A DNA stretch of 63,685 bases, taken from assembly GCF_964194025.1 (NCBI RefSeq), contig NC_134477.1, forward strand, positions 27,280,001-27,343,685, written 5' to 3'. The notes under the pieces are model-generated. The model had not been told where the DNA came from. It did not search any database and saw nothing but the letters and a program-made list of their open reading frames with translations. The DNA is from Convolutriloba macropyga. Taxonomy: Eukaryota. The position numbers and the translations under genes were made by a program. This document shows positions 1 through 12,944 of this stretch, one piece after another (the stretch's first letter is position 1; each line of letters opens with the position of its first letter).

Positions 1-670
1 TTGGTTGTCTCGGGTGAGAGACAACAATAAAACAGCATTCTGATCGGAACTTGAGAATCTGATGAGTTTGATCAGAACCAACGGGTCCAGCTGATAACAA
101 ATGCCGGTCCCCTCAAGAAAAATTTGAATCAAAGTAGATCAAGACGTTTTTTATGCAGAGCTGTCTAAGTTCATTTTTCAGTTAAAAGCATAAAAAATGG
201 CATACTCAGTAATTTTTTTGATCATTTTTTTTTCGATTTACTTTCATTAACAATACTTTTCAGGATTGGTTTTTTTTGTTAGTTGAATATAAGATTGATA
301 AAATGATAGATGAAATGAATATATTATAACGATATTGAGAGAGATTTGTTCATGTTCAAAATCATTCTCTGATCAGAGGTGATTTCGAGCGCACTTTAGT
401 CTGGGACAATATTTCGAGCGCACTTTAGTCTGGACAATGGTCTGGAACTCGTCTGGACAATGGACTGGAACTTGTCTGATCAGGGGTCACTTCGGTCTGG
501 AAACTCGTCTGATCAGAGGCGGCTTCGAGCGCACTTCGAGCGGACAATGATCTTCGAGCGCATACTCGTCTGATCAGAGGTCACTTCGGTCTGGGACGGT
601 CTGATCAGAGGTCCCACTTGTCTGGGACGGTCTGATCAGAGGTGATTTCGAGCGCGACCTCAACCTGGGG
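1..670. mobile_element. Right arm of a non-autonomous TIR (CACTA/EnSpm-like) element with a subterminal TCTGATCAGA / TTCGAGCGCAC repeat array
   Basis: Dense repeats of TCTGATCAGAGG, TTCGAGCGCAC and GTCTGG(G)ACAATGG at ~367-660, ending in ACCTCAACCTGGG (~657-669). This nearly matches the right terminus of the 5403-6666 element (ACCTCAACCCTGG). The left end is not identified. The superfamily is inferred from CCC-type termini plus subterminal arrays. Confidence 0.55.
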
Positions 671-1208
671 ACTGTTTACAATATGGATTTACCCTTGTCG
701 CTACCTGACATAGAGAGAATTGGTCGAGGCCTTGCCATTCCACCAACCATTGTTATTTCGTTTCGCGGGTTACCTTTACGGGTGTTTTTAGGGATGATGT
801 GGAGGGTATCCACAATTTTATATCCGCATTTTTACCGATATAAAAAAGACCTAAAAGTTAAATAATTGAGTTTAGAGTTTTCGCAATGTTTTGCTCTTCT
901 TTAGAATTACCAATTTTTTTTTTTCAAATTTCCAGAATTCGCTGGTTCTCTTGTCATCTCAATATCTAATGACGGCGAGAAAATACCTCTTGTAAATCCA
1001 TTTGGTAATAAATTGCAGTGTTTGCACAGGAAAGTGTTTTGAAGGTCATTTTTAGATGCTACACCACTACAATTTGTATGCATGTGCGATTAACAGTTTT
1101 TAATTTATAACTTGCAAATTGAACATGTCGCTATCCTCTAGTGCAAGCAACACACACAGAGACTCCGAAGACGCCCAACAAATTCACAAATACACAGGAG
1201 AACACTCA

Positions 1209-1408
1209 NNNNNNNNNNNNNNNNNNNNNNNNNNNNNNNNNNNNNNNNNNNNNNNNNNNNNNNNNNNNNNNNNNNNNNNNNNNNNNNNNNNNNNNNNNNN
1301 NNNNNNNNNNNNNNNNNNNNNNNNNNNNNNNNNNNNNNNNNNNNNNNNNNNNNNNNNNNNNNNNNNNNNNNNNNNNNNNNNNNNNNNNNNNNNNNNNNNN
1401 NNNNNNNN
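1209..1408. other. Assembly gap (200 N)
   Basis: Run of N; the true size is unknown. Confidence 0.99.
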
Positions 1409-2897
1409 CTTGTGACATTTTCAGGATTAAGGTCTATTTTTTCATTCGGTCAAAAAAATAATAGAGGCAGGTGTACCTGTGAAAATTATTTCAGCTGTAG
1501 TATCTGAGAATAGACCAAGGAAAATGAGTATTATTCGATGAGAATTAAACAGATAGCAAACTCTTTGGCAAAGATTTTTCGATAATCACTTGCTGACCCA
1601 ATAATACACACCCTATTTGCCCTTTAATACACCCCAATAATTGCCCTGTTTAATTTGTCGGAACAATTGAACAAGTAATATTTTTATAACAACATTCGAA
1701 AACCATTGTAAAGTGATTTGCTAATAATTATTTTTCTTGAATTTTTTAAATTTAGTCACAATGCAGTAATGAGATTGAAAAGCAAAGAAGTGACTACGTG
1801 GAACGTTAACATTCATTACAACATAATTTATTGTTCTAACTCGACGGATATATAAATTTTGAATCGTAGTATTCTGTAATGTAAATTTTAAAAACTTTTT
1901 ACGTAGAAACTTCCTGTTACTGTTCTGTCTCATTTTTTGAGGCTGAACGAAATGGCAGCAATATTTTACATTTGACTAGCTGCATAACAAGAAGCCAGGA
2001 CAATACATCAAAAAGTCAACAGATCGAATACGAAAATTGGGAAAACAGATCAAAAATTGAATTATTCAAGTTGCGTATTGGCCTATCAGATTTAAGCGGT
2101 CACTTATTATACAACGCCTAATATATTTGCTCGTGATATTTTGTTTGGTTTTGTAGAATTGATATCAAATTTCACGGACTGGTAAGGCATGGCTCGAACA
2201 GATGGGGTTACGTTCTGCCAAGAATGCTTAATTTTAGCCATGAAAAGAGGTTATCTTTTGATCCAATTTTCGATTTTTGATCTCTTGTCCGGTCACCGGA
2301 TAGCATTACAAACCATACATTTTTTGCTGAATGTTAGAATTTAAATCCTGAAATTTTGTAGGAGGCATTTTTGAAGTTTATCCATTATTCTAAGTTTTGC
2401 ACGATTGGACCTAATTCTTACGAGATTGGCAAAATCTCATAGTGTTTTCTACGTCAACTTGAAACGAATACCACTTCAATTGTTCAGTAAGCCGAGTACA
2501 TGTTTCAAAGACATATTGAAAAATTAACATCGCTCGAAAATAGTTCGTCAGTTATAGAAATTTTTGTTTACAACAACTGAGCAACGTTTGCTTTTTTTTG
2601 GGGGGGGAGGGGGGTGTTCAAGCATTAGTTTACATTTTTATGCATAGAAAAAAAATCTAAACAAATTTACTGTTTTTTCTCCTCTAGATAAAATACACCA
2701 TAAAGGTAGGATACTTAAAGTATTGAATGTGCAGTCATTCAAAGAGGACAAGGTGTGCTGTACGTACGGTTTTAGTACCATAGTGTTCTAAATTTACTTT
2801 TTCCTTTTTGCAGTGAATCATGATTGCACGAGAGAACTGTATCATAGAATTAGTTGAAAAAGTTGAACAAAGTTACAAATACCTTTGGAATTGTAGA
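1409..2897 (+). repeat. ~1.5-kb segment, inverted copy of 21454-22942 (copy 1)
   Basis: CTTGTGACATTTTCAGGATTAA at 1409 is the reverse complement of TTAATCCTGAAAATGTCACAAG ending at 22942. Collinear similarity continues with scattered substitutions and indels to TTTGGAATTGTAGA (2897) versus TCTACAATTCCAAA (21454). Confidence 0.92.
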
Positions 2898-3507
2898 TGA
2901 ACAGCTTCTAGTTAAAAAATTAATTGATGCCTCAAATGCTACTAGAATAGGGTTTTTCTTTAATTTGTTGGCTCCCATTTTATCATTGATTTCCCCAAAA
3001 ATACAATAGACAGAACTAAGAGTTAGCGATTCTGTTGTTCGAGAGGTCAAATTGGCAAAAAATTTTGATTTCTTTGCATTTGTTAGCCTCATTTTAAATT
3101 TCGAAATCGACATCGCACAATGGCTAGGTTGAATGTTTTTATGATTTTAAACAAAAAATTGCCGATTTTGCTGTGCAATTGTCAGGTGATAGTCTAAGTT
3201 TGTTTATTTTTCCTCCTAACTGTCGATGCAAAAATTTTAAGCAAGCATCCTAACTCGACGCTCGTTTGGCCGCCCTGTTCGCGTTATAAATTTCTTTCTC
3301 AAATTAGAAAGAATAGAAAGGACTGTATTATGAGACGGTTAATTTCTTGTCTAATTGTCCAAAACAAGTTATAAAGGCATAAAATATAAAGTTAAACAGA
3401 ACGTGCGTAATATTTAAATAGATATATGTTCACTAAATATCAATGAAAGTAAAACCAAATCATATTTATCAATGGTACAACAACTTCAGAGCTTTTATGA
3501 TGAGAAT

Positions 3508-3509
<2 letters not shown>

Positions 3510-3597
<88 letters not shown>
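3510..3597. repeat. (TA)n microsatellite
   Basis: ~88 bp of nearly pure TA repeat with one CA interruption. Confidence 0.98.
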
Positions 3598-3600
<3 letters not shown>

Positions 3601-4569
3601 GAAAGTGTACGTAAAATGACCAAATATGATTGAAACAGATCAAATAGCACTATAATAGCTGAGATTTGAGTACACAATCAATAAACAAGTACAATTTAGG
3701 TAATATGAACTAAATAACAATTTTTCACATTTTCAGCTATGTCCAAATTGGGGCTGAAATGTACGGTTTTTTGACAATAACTCAAAAACTAAAAAAGATA
3801 TAAAGGCCAAATTTTGTGAGTCGATAGACATTGGTAAGATACACATTGTGAGTGAAAATGAAGGTTCTATCTCAAAGCGATGAAGTGCGGCTCTCTTATA
3901 AATTCTATAAGCAATCTTAATACATGGGGAGGCTTTTCAAATGTAAATAGCTCTCACACTAATGATTCAAAATTAAAGAAACTTGGCAGTAATTAGCACT
4001 AGTCTACGATATAGCATATGAAAAAAGAATGAACTAAATCGGACATGTAGTTTTTGAGATAATGAGATTTAAATGTCAGACCGCAACAACGCTTGCTTAA
4101 AATGAGTGCCCATTTCTGACCAATAACGGAACTCAGAATGCAGCACTTGCCCATTATTTGCAATAAGATAGTTGGATGATGATTATTTTTAAAAATCAAA
4201 GTTTTTTTGCAGTTTTTTGCTGGGTATTTTTTACTGTGTTTTTGATTTGCATAATTGAGTCTCTGAGTTGCTCCGTTCCAATAAAAAACTTTTCAAACCA
4301 TTGGGTATCTGTTGTCTCTTCCAACTACCGTTTTTGAGAAGCCGAAGCAGGCGTAAGTATCCTAGTCCACCGTCATCTTATTTAGGTTTCTAATTTTTCT
4401 TACGTACATGCAAATGCAGACAAAATTTAAAACGGAACGGTTAAAACGCACAATAGGATTACCACCTAGATTAATAGAATAAAATAAAATAATAAAAATA
4501 TTCAGTTTTGTTTGTCGCCTTTTTTCTTACTTTTTGTTTGAATGATTGTATAATTATGCCATTTTTCAG

Positions 4570-4707
4570 ATTTGGAGAAGTCTGCGTTTAATCTGTCTAG
4601 AATGACATATCACAATTTTGGTCGCAACAATCACAGATTCATTACAATCTACGATTGTATGTGTGACGAACGCTTTATCAACCAAACATCATCAGGAGTA
4701 TCATCCG
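4570..4707 (+). CDS. GT92/DUF23-like glycosyltransferase, internal exon (first visible plus-strand exon)
   Basis: Acceptor TTTTTCAG| at 4569 and donor |GTGAAA at 4708, phase 1 at both ends. Encodes (D)LEKSAFNLSRMTYHNFGRNNHRFITIYDCMCDERFINQTSSGVSS. FITIYDCMCDER resembles the GT92 N-terminal 'FVYSAYYDxR' motif. Joins in frame to the 8219 exon. Confidence 0.68.
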
Positions 4708-5402
4708 GTGAAAGTGACTGTAGACAAATAGCGATCATCAAACTAACACTTAAGAGCCTCCCTTCACTTGTCATAATATTTGGTACGGACTAATTAATTT
4801 AGCAAAAAACTCAAAACAATTTTCATAGTTTTGTGGAGATAAGTTTTCCACAACTCGCAAACCACCTCGATTTACAGAACCTTTTTAGGAGACAGCCAAA
4901 ACAAGCCGAAATAACTTTTACATTTCAATGGGATTTCTAATTTACATTTATATCATTATCTTTATCGCTATAGCAAGGCTAGGGTATGATAAAATTTGTA
5001 AAATTTTAATGTGAAATGTTGCCTCAAATTATTGGTAACTATTTGTGGTTATCGCCAATCAAGGGTGCACATCCGAATAATTCAATTTTGGTCAATTTTA
5101 AACTCTTCACTTAGTAGGCATTTTCTTGAAAGATGCTTGATTATAAAAAGGCGTTAGGGAGGTTTATCAGTAGTAGCAAACTCCGGCTCCTGTCCTTCGA
5201 AGGGGAGGATGCCAAGTGAAGCGCCAGCCAACCACATCATGGCGCTAGTGAAAATGGCAGACGTGTCAAAATATAGAACATTTATTGCTGACCAATCAGA
5301 ATTGAGAAAATGTTGATTGCACACAACAAAATTTCCATGATTTGAAATATAATATAAACGTTAACATAACATACTCAGGAATCGTGGTATTAAACCTAAC
5401 TA

Positions 5403-6666
5403 CCCGGGTCGAGGTTTTGCCGAAAAATAATGTAAGAATTGCGGTGAAAAAACAATTCTTTTAACGATGAATGTCGTGAAAGCGGTGAATTTTTGTAAGA
5501 TTTGCGGTAAATTTAGCGGTAAAATTTTGTACGGTTTGCGATTCTTGGTGGTGAATTTTTTTCACCGCTTTCACCTGGTAGTGGTCAAAAAAACTCACCG
5601 CTACCAGTCGATTGCGGTGAACAAAAATTCACCGCTAAGAACCGCAAATCTTACAAAAATTCACCGCTAAATTTACCGCAAATCTTACAAAAATTCAACG
5701 CTTTCACCGCATGCGGGCCAGTTGCGGTGATTTTTTTTCACCGCATTTCTTACGTTATTTTTGAGGGCAAACTTGACTGATCAGAAGTCAAAGTCGCACT
5801 ATAGTCTGATCATAGGTTGCTCGAAAGTCTGGACAATGGTCGCACTACGGCCTGCTCATAGGTCTTGCGTTTTTGAACAAAATATAGCTAACGCATTGTC
5901 GGAAAAGTCTTAAAATCAAGTTAAAAAATAACTTTGAGATTTTCTAGCATGATATGTTTTTTCACCCTCCTCTTGTTTCATTCCGGGCTTTAAATTATTA
6001 CACATTTTCATTAGAAATTTGAGTCGCTACAAAAATGTGGTGAATTAGCGGTGAATTTTTGTAAGATTTGCGAATCTTGGCGTTGAATTTTTTTTACCGA
6101 TTTCACCGCAATGACTGCTATTCTTACATCTTTTTTGCAATGTTTTCTCCGCTGACGGTATTTGGTAAAATTAGCGGTGAATTTTTGTCAGATTTTCAAT
6201 TCTTAGCGGTGAATTTTTATCGCCGCAGTCACCGCTATTCTTACATCTTTTTTTGCAATGTTTTCCGCGGTGACGATATCTGGTAAAATTAGCGGTGAAT
6301 TTTTATGAGGTTTCCTATTATTAGCGGTTTCACTGTATTCACCGCTATTCGTACATCTTTTTTGTAATCTTTTTGCGGTGACGATATCTGGTAAAATTAG
6401 CGGTGAAATTTCCTAAGATTTGCGCTTCTTAGCGGTGAGTTTTTCTCACCGCATTCACCGCTATTCTTAAATCTTTTCTTTTGCAATGTTTTCTGCGGTT
6501 ATTTAGCGGTGAATTTAGCGGTAAGTTTAGCGGTGAATTTTTGTAAGATTCTTAGCGGTGATTTCTTTTTCACCGCATTCAACGCTAAAAAAATGCAATT
6601 CTTACATCTTTTTACTGCAAATCTTACATTCTATAGCAATTTTCAGTGTTGACACCTCAACCCTGG
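5403..6666. mobile_element. Non-autonomous TIR element (foldback/CACTA-like) with GCGGTGAA/TTCACCGC subterminal arrays
   Basis: Imperfect TIRs CCCGGGTCGAGGT (5403) and ACCTCAACCCTGG (6654-6666). Dozens of (A/T)GCGGTGAA and TTCACCGC motifs in both orientations at 5440-5750 and 6035-6600. No coding capacity and no clear TSD. Confidence 0.7.
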
Positions 6667-7249
6667 CAGTCAAAATATGAATGTTTTGGGTAAAACTGAT
6701 GTCACATTGGTTTGTGATAGATTTATATGAAGTTACCGATGTATAAGAGTACTGAAACAGAACCTAATATAAATAATGTTCTAAACTTGAAATTAAGAAA
6801 CTCTTCATCAAACCATAAACTTCTTTAAGTTTTTTAGCCACCTTTAATGAAAGCTAATGACGTCAGGTTGCACGAGGTATGTATCAAATTGCACAGGCTG
6901 CGGAGGTATGGCCACGGCCCGGAATTATGATTATTTTCGGAACTTCTCAACAATTGCGCCCTTTGGTAGCAGAGAATTGCCCACTTTCTGTGATATACTT
7001 TACCACAATATTACTTGGCCTACATTTTAGATAGCCGAATATCAGTTTAAGCGCAATTGCGGACCGCTGTTCACGGCCATGCCTCTCATGCGCTGTGAAA
7101 TGTAATTCGGAAATCGACCAGTCGTAAGTTCTTTTCGCTTTGTATTCCGATTTGACTAATTGCAATTTTAATTAGGTAAATTGAACTTAAAAAGATGGAT
7201 TTGATTGCCTCAAGTTGTCTCTAGTTGTTTGTCGGAAAATTGTATTTGA

Positions 7250-7661
7250 ATTCAAAATCTTGCCAGAATCTTGCAAGATTCTTGCAAGATTTCATATTCA
7301 AAAGGCGTTTACGAAAAAAGTCATTTATTTTCGGTTTTGCTGATCAAGAATTCTGATATCAGTCATGATATTTGATTTTCAGATTGTTTTAGCTACCAAA
7401 AACGCATAAATATTTTTTCCGGAATTCAAAATCTTGCAAGATTCTTGCAAGATTTTGAATCCTGGCTAATTTTTTTTCATTGAATTAGGCTTCGTAACTT
7501 GTTTAATAAACAATGGCTTGCTTCAAAGATGTTTTCTAAAACACTTGTACCCAGATTTTTTTGGCTTTGATTGATATCTTGCAAGATTCTTGCAAGAATC
7601 TTGCAAGTTTTGAATCATCTTGAAAGATTCTTGCAAGATTTGAATCCGCTCATCACTATGG
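7250..7661. repeat. Array of the palindrome ATCTTGCAAGAT (relic of a MITE/CACTA-like subterminal array)
   Basis: About ten copies of (A)TCTTGCAAGA(T) in clusters at ~7255-7292, 7430-7455 and 7575-7642. Confidence 0.7.
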
Positions 7662-8218
7662 ATAGCATGGCGTATTTTATTCTATCCAATTTAACGTAGT
7701 ATTCGCTTAGTGGAAACGTATTAGTAGTCTCTGATTGATTAATAAACCCCTCGCTTAAATTCTATTAAAGAATAGACCCCCATTTGCAAAAGGGGTGAGG
7801 GGGAGGGGGCAGTTGTTGAAAAGATCCTTATTTTCTCGATGTTTATCTTGCTTTGACTTTTTTCACTTGTTAACAATCAAGTTAATCATAGCGGAGTGAT
7901 CCAGTGTCTATATTGCGATTTGTCGAAAATTTATGCCGTCAGCTTTATAAGCCGATATGGCTGATCAAAAATTTGTCAAATGAAAAATTGATCAAAAATT
8001 TGGCAACGTGGTAACCGTCACAGAATTCCGTTGGCATATTTCAATGATACGCTTTTTTTTCGCTCAGAGCGAGATATCTGGTTTTTCAAATGATTGCGTA
8101 CAGTAATGCGTATTAGGTTCTACATTATTTATTTAACATAAATGCACTTTGTTTGATGACCGGAAATTTGGTGCAGCTTATAATTCTCACAATCAACAGT
8201 TAAGTCTCATTTTCCAAG

Positions 8219-8640
8219 TGTCAGTCAATGGGTACGTAGGAGAAGCTGATGATTCCTGGTCAATTATTGGGCGAAAGTGGTCTTGTTCATATCAGTTCAA
8301 CCAATCAGATCACTCCAATTTACCACAAAGAGCTCCCATTGGCTACATCGGCGGACGAAAAGACGGATGCCCTTATTTGAATACATTGAGCTACGCAATC
8401 GGAGTTATTATTTGTTACCTTGATCCGGAAATCAAAGTTTGTCCAAGCTATGCCTCATTATTAACAGGCAGTAAGTACGAGTTAGTTCAAAATCGCGTCA
8501 AAGTTACTCGTCAAATTAGAGGGCCGAAAAACAACGTGGCCTTGTGTACCAACGCACCTTTAGCAATTCCAAATTCAGATTTCCTAACTTGGCATAAATT
8601 TGTGGAGTTTATGGAATACCAATTGATGTCTGGATTTGAG
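8219..8640 (+). CDS. GT92/DUF23-like glycosyltransferase, internal exon (start of catalytic domain)
   Basis: Lies within ORF 8149-8676. Acceptor TTTTCCAAG| (8218), donor GAG|GTTGAG (8641). VALCTNAPL...WHKFVEFMEYQLMSGFE matches the GT92 signature 'VCxxPL...xxLVEFIEYYxLxG'. Confidence 0.85.
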
Positions 8641-8732
8641 GTTGAGGATCTGTTTCCTTTTTTAATCCAAAATTAAGTTGGGTCTTTTTAAACGGTCTTT
8701 TTTGCAAAGTGTAGGATACTCATGCAGGATTT

Positions 8733-8901
8733 GGATCTATTCTGTTCGCCCGCCCCCCGTGTTTTTTACGCCCCCAGTTACAATTTATATGTTGTTATAT
8801 AGCACGTTACTATGTAGAAAAAAATGGCACGTGCGCCTGGGAACGTAAAATATTTAAACCCACTAAGCTGAGAGGGGGGGGGGGCAAAACAGAATAGATC
8901 C
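8733..8901. mobile_element. Small MITE with G/C-run TIRs
   Basis: GGATCTATTCTGTTCGCCCGCCCCCC at the left end and GGGGGGGGGGGCAAAACAGAATAGATCC at the right. Internal GGCACGTGCG and CCACTAAGCTG motifs recur near 44345, 46241, 47028 and 47322. Confidence 0.65.
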
Positions 8902-9449
8902 TGGGATTTTTAAGGGAGCAGTTTTTTGACCAATCAGACAAAGGTATTAAAGTGTGTCGTTACACACACCTGGACCTAGTATCTCACGAATATCAGAAGC
9001 GTAGTTGTCTAAGTCTCAGTCCTGGAAAACAATTAGTAGAAGGCAGAAAACGACTAATAAGAGGCAATTAGTCATATTTGCATAGGAATACCAGGACTGA
9101 ATAAAATTAAAACTGACTATTATGCAGCTAACATTGGAGTTCTCTTACTAATGTTGATGCTGAGACGTCACATTTTTAAAATAAATTTGTCAAATGAAGG
9201 CAAAATTTGAAATAGGGCTTCAAATAGTAATAGTGCGTTTGAAATGGAGAAAAATAAAGAAAACAGTATTTTTTTCCTTCAATTGAATGAATAATCATAA
9301 AAACTTTAAGGACATTGCGCTTTTAAATGTTTTAGACATCTTGCTGTATTTTTTGTTTTTGTACCAACTATAAGTAATTTATTATATTACAGTTAAAACA
9401 TAGGTAGATTTACCTTGACTGAATTAAGGTAAAAAGAAATTTCACGGTT

Positions 9450-12400
9450 ATTGTTCCGACCCAATTCAGTGGGGGACGAACTACAAACTCAACTGGGTTT
9501 TTTTTCCAATTCAAAGAGTATCAAATGTATTCGGGTGCTGTCTTTTTACGATTCGAAGAGGAGTATAGATGAAGCGTCTTTTTTATCGGTAAATTTTGTT
9601 GGAGCGTATTTGAAACCAGAAAAGTAGGTCTGAAAAAAATATCCTTAAGCGAGCAAATTTTTTTGATCAAGTGTGGCATTTTCAAAGCAGTTTTCCTTAA
9701 ACTCCAATTTTATCAGTCAACGATGTTTGTATTGCTTGCTCAAACTAGTAATAGTGCGTTTGAAATCTTTTTTGACCATCTGAATCAAAAATGATGTTTT
9801 CGATTCAATTTTGATCTATTTTTACCATTTTGTAATGTACGCTTTTCAGCAACTTTTGTGTTCTTCTTCAAATGTATATAGCCTTTGTGGAGTCTTATTG
9901 TTCAATATTGCACTTTGAGTGATTTCGATTGGCTTAACGATATAATCGTTATTGATTTTGATTTGTTTATTTGAAGATAATTGAGTAGTTTTCAGCAAAT
10001 TTTGGACAATTTTTGTCTTTTTTTAAGTTTGTTTTTGAATATTTTTGCTCATTATAAGCTTGTCACTGTAGTTTTTCTTGGTGAATCTTTAGTTTGGATC
10101 AAATTTACAGGTTTTGCTCCCAAAATGTGCCATTGAAAATCAAAAAAGAGGGCACTTCTCAATAAAATAAATAATACAAGTTTCTTAATTTTTTCAGGTT
10201 TTTTTTAAATTTTTTTGTGCTTGTTTTGTTTTTTAAATGTTTGCCAGATGTTGGGTGGTAAAGCGCCTGAACAGATGCAGTAATAAAATCTGTTTGCCTA
10301 ATGTTTTTTTCCGTTCTCACGATTTTTGTTTCACCACTCCTTTTTTCATCTCCCCAGTTTCTCTACATACACTAACTTTTCGCCTTTTCTGTGAATTAGC
10401 TTTCAGTTATTGAATGAGAGCTAACTTGTCGAAAGGTTTTTTGTCGGTAGTTGTTTTGTAGCCGCAATTCGTAATGTATTTTTGTTATCACTTTTTGTCA
10501 GTTACTTTTCCATTGCTATTTCGCCTGTTTATTGTTTTAAATTGATTAGCATTATCAATTAAGAGGCTCATTATGTTACCTAGGGTTGTCAATTTTCTAC
10601 TTCGAGTTGTTTCCTGGGGTCTTCCCGCTAAGATCTAATCACACATATTCTTGATATATGAAGTTAATTTGTAGTGATGATTTTGGCCACGCCGAAGCAA
10701 GAAGTGGAGCAAAAAAGCGGGTGTTCTTCTGGCGTGAGTTGTTTTCGCTCAAATTTCAAAGTAAGGTGAGAAAAAGGTTTTTGAACAAAATTGTTTTCCC
10801 GCTGTTTGCGTAGTTTCCGCTTTTTTGTTCACATTTTTCGTATTTTCTGCTTAAAGTTTCGTCAGTTTTTGCAAAATATGATTAAGTTGTCAACTATAGT
10901 CTAATTGGTTTTACGTCTAAACATAGAAGAGAGTTGCTGAATTGTGTGAACCAATTTTTATCGCAAAAATGTCAGCTAAATTTTCAAAATTGTGGTTTTT
11001 TCTTTTTTCCTTAAAAACAGCATCAAAAATGCTTATTTGGCACACTTGTCCAGTTGACCGGTGGTGCAGACCGCAAAACTGGTGAAAGAATCTTCATTTA
11101 CTTGGATAATGGCTAATTATGCCTCCGGTTCCCCAGAAAATATTCTAAAAATAACATTTTTGAGGTCTTTCTCTAATTTAACTGATATTCTTAGAAAACG
11201 TATAGTTTTTTTTATATTCTAAAATTTTCGTTTGCCCCAAAAACCCATTGTGCAGTTCTAGAAATTTTATCGGCCGCGCAGCGAGAGCAATGCCAATTGA
11301 GGTCTCATCACTGAGTTTTGTAATGAAAAGGAACTCAGATTGTTTTTTGGTTTTGTCTTTTTGATTTTTTTTGCCTTTCTTTCATTCCAATTATAAGAAA
11401 GTCTTTTCTCATTTAAAGGTGCCATTAATAAGGCTGTCCTGTATGTTCCAATAATGTCCAATGAATCAGTATTATGGTTTATGAGTAAATCCTCTGGGTT
11501 TTATGACTCCGACAAATAATTTTTGTAATTTTATAACGAATTGATGCTCTTTTTGTAGTCTTACTAGTAAGTTTAATTAATCAGATGTTTAAGTTGGCAT
11601 CTAGGGAGCTATCAAAGAAATTTTTTAATGATTTCTGTTGATACATATTGCTTTTTTGTTAATATAACGATAAGTATTCAAGAAAGATTTCAAATCAAAC
11701 CTCAATTATTGAGAATTTCAAATTACGTGCAATGGAGGCAGAATAATATGCATAACAATTTCAACAAAAAGCATAAGTTATTTGGGCTTCAACACCGTTT
11801 CCATCAAAATGTTCTTGAACTTTTGAATTCAGCCTGTAATCAGCTTTAATGTGTAGTCTTTTGATTTAGTGTTACTTATTACATGTATTATTGGCTTCCT
11901 GGGCAATTACAAGTTCAACTATTAAACACTTTTTGGGAAAGTTTACCGTTGTAATTTCTTAAGGATATTAAAATTTATTTTTCAAAAGAATAAGGGCTTC
12001 TTTAGATTTTAACACCTTCAATTGTGTTTTTGCAAAGTTTTAGAATAGTCTCAATAAAGAGAGAACGCCTTCTTTTTCAAGTGAATTTTAATTTAGTTTA
12101 AATAATGGTGTTTCTGTGTTGATACTACGAGTTTGCATAATTTTTTTTGAAGTTTTCAATTTTTGAGGTTTTTTTCAGCTGTTTTGTCCGATCATCATAT
12201 TAATGGCACATTATTGAATAGTCGCACATTATAAAAACGTTGTCGAATGAAGGCATAATTGATTACATGCCTTGTTTTTATGAATGGATTTTTGTCTTAT
12301 AGGTTTCGACACTGTTTCCTCATAAAATGTAAATAATTTTTTGATTTGTGGCTGTATTTCTTCGTTTTTGTAGTTGTTCGAGATTTTGGATTGTGACTGG

Positions 12401-12944
12401 CCCCAATGGTTTTGTTGGAAGATATTGATAAACTGTTGAAAGATTCCAGATGATAGCTAATTGCTTTTCTGACTGTGAGTTAAATTGTTTTCAAAAGTGT
12501 AAGCGTATTTTTTAACTTGGCCCAATTTGTTTTTTTTCTACTTGTTAAATACTCTCAATAAAGACTGGTCCATAATTCAAGTCATTTGGTTTCGTTTGCT
12601 TCTTATCTCGTCCTGTTTTGACTTTTTCATTATTTTTTTTAAAAAAATGGATAGACATTGAAGTTTGGTCGTAAGTAGCGCTTGTTCTTTTTTAATTTGA
12701 TTTTGTTTGTCTTGTTTCTTATGCTCCTTAAAGGCAGTTATTATTGGCCCTCTAGTGAGTTATTGTTTCATTTGTATAGTGGCTGGAGCTTAAGTGATGT
12801 TTTTAATTTGATGAAACAATTATTTTTGAGCAATATGTGAAAGTTTTCTATCCCTTCCTCATTTGGTGGACAATTATGTCAAGAATGTGGTTGAGCGGGG
12901 TCGGAACATTATGTGTAAACGCACATTACTGAGCCTCCTTTTTT
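9450..12944 (+). mobile_element. Helentron-associated non-autonomous element (HINE/DINE-1-like), divergent copy A
   Basis: 5' TTGTTCCGACCC...GTGGGGGACGAAC. 3' GGGTCGGAACA, then hairpin ATGTGTAAACGCACAT, then TACTGAGCCTCCTTTT. Same asymmetric subTIR plus 3' stem-loop architecture as copies B-E. The interior is divergent, so continuity between the two ends is inferred. Confidence 0.6.

Noticed and set aside
367-660. CRISPR-like appearance of the repeat arrays here and at 45225-45420
   Set aside because: No unique spacers of constant length, no cas genes and a eukaryotic context; better explained as TE subterminal repeats.
1119-1461. ORFs spanning the N run
   Set aside because: Artefacts of translating the gap.
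3440-3643. ORF with an IYIYIY repeat
   Set aside because: Translation of the (TA)n microsatellite.
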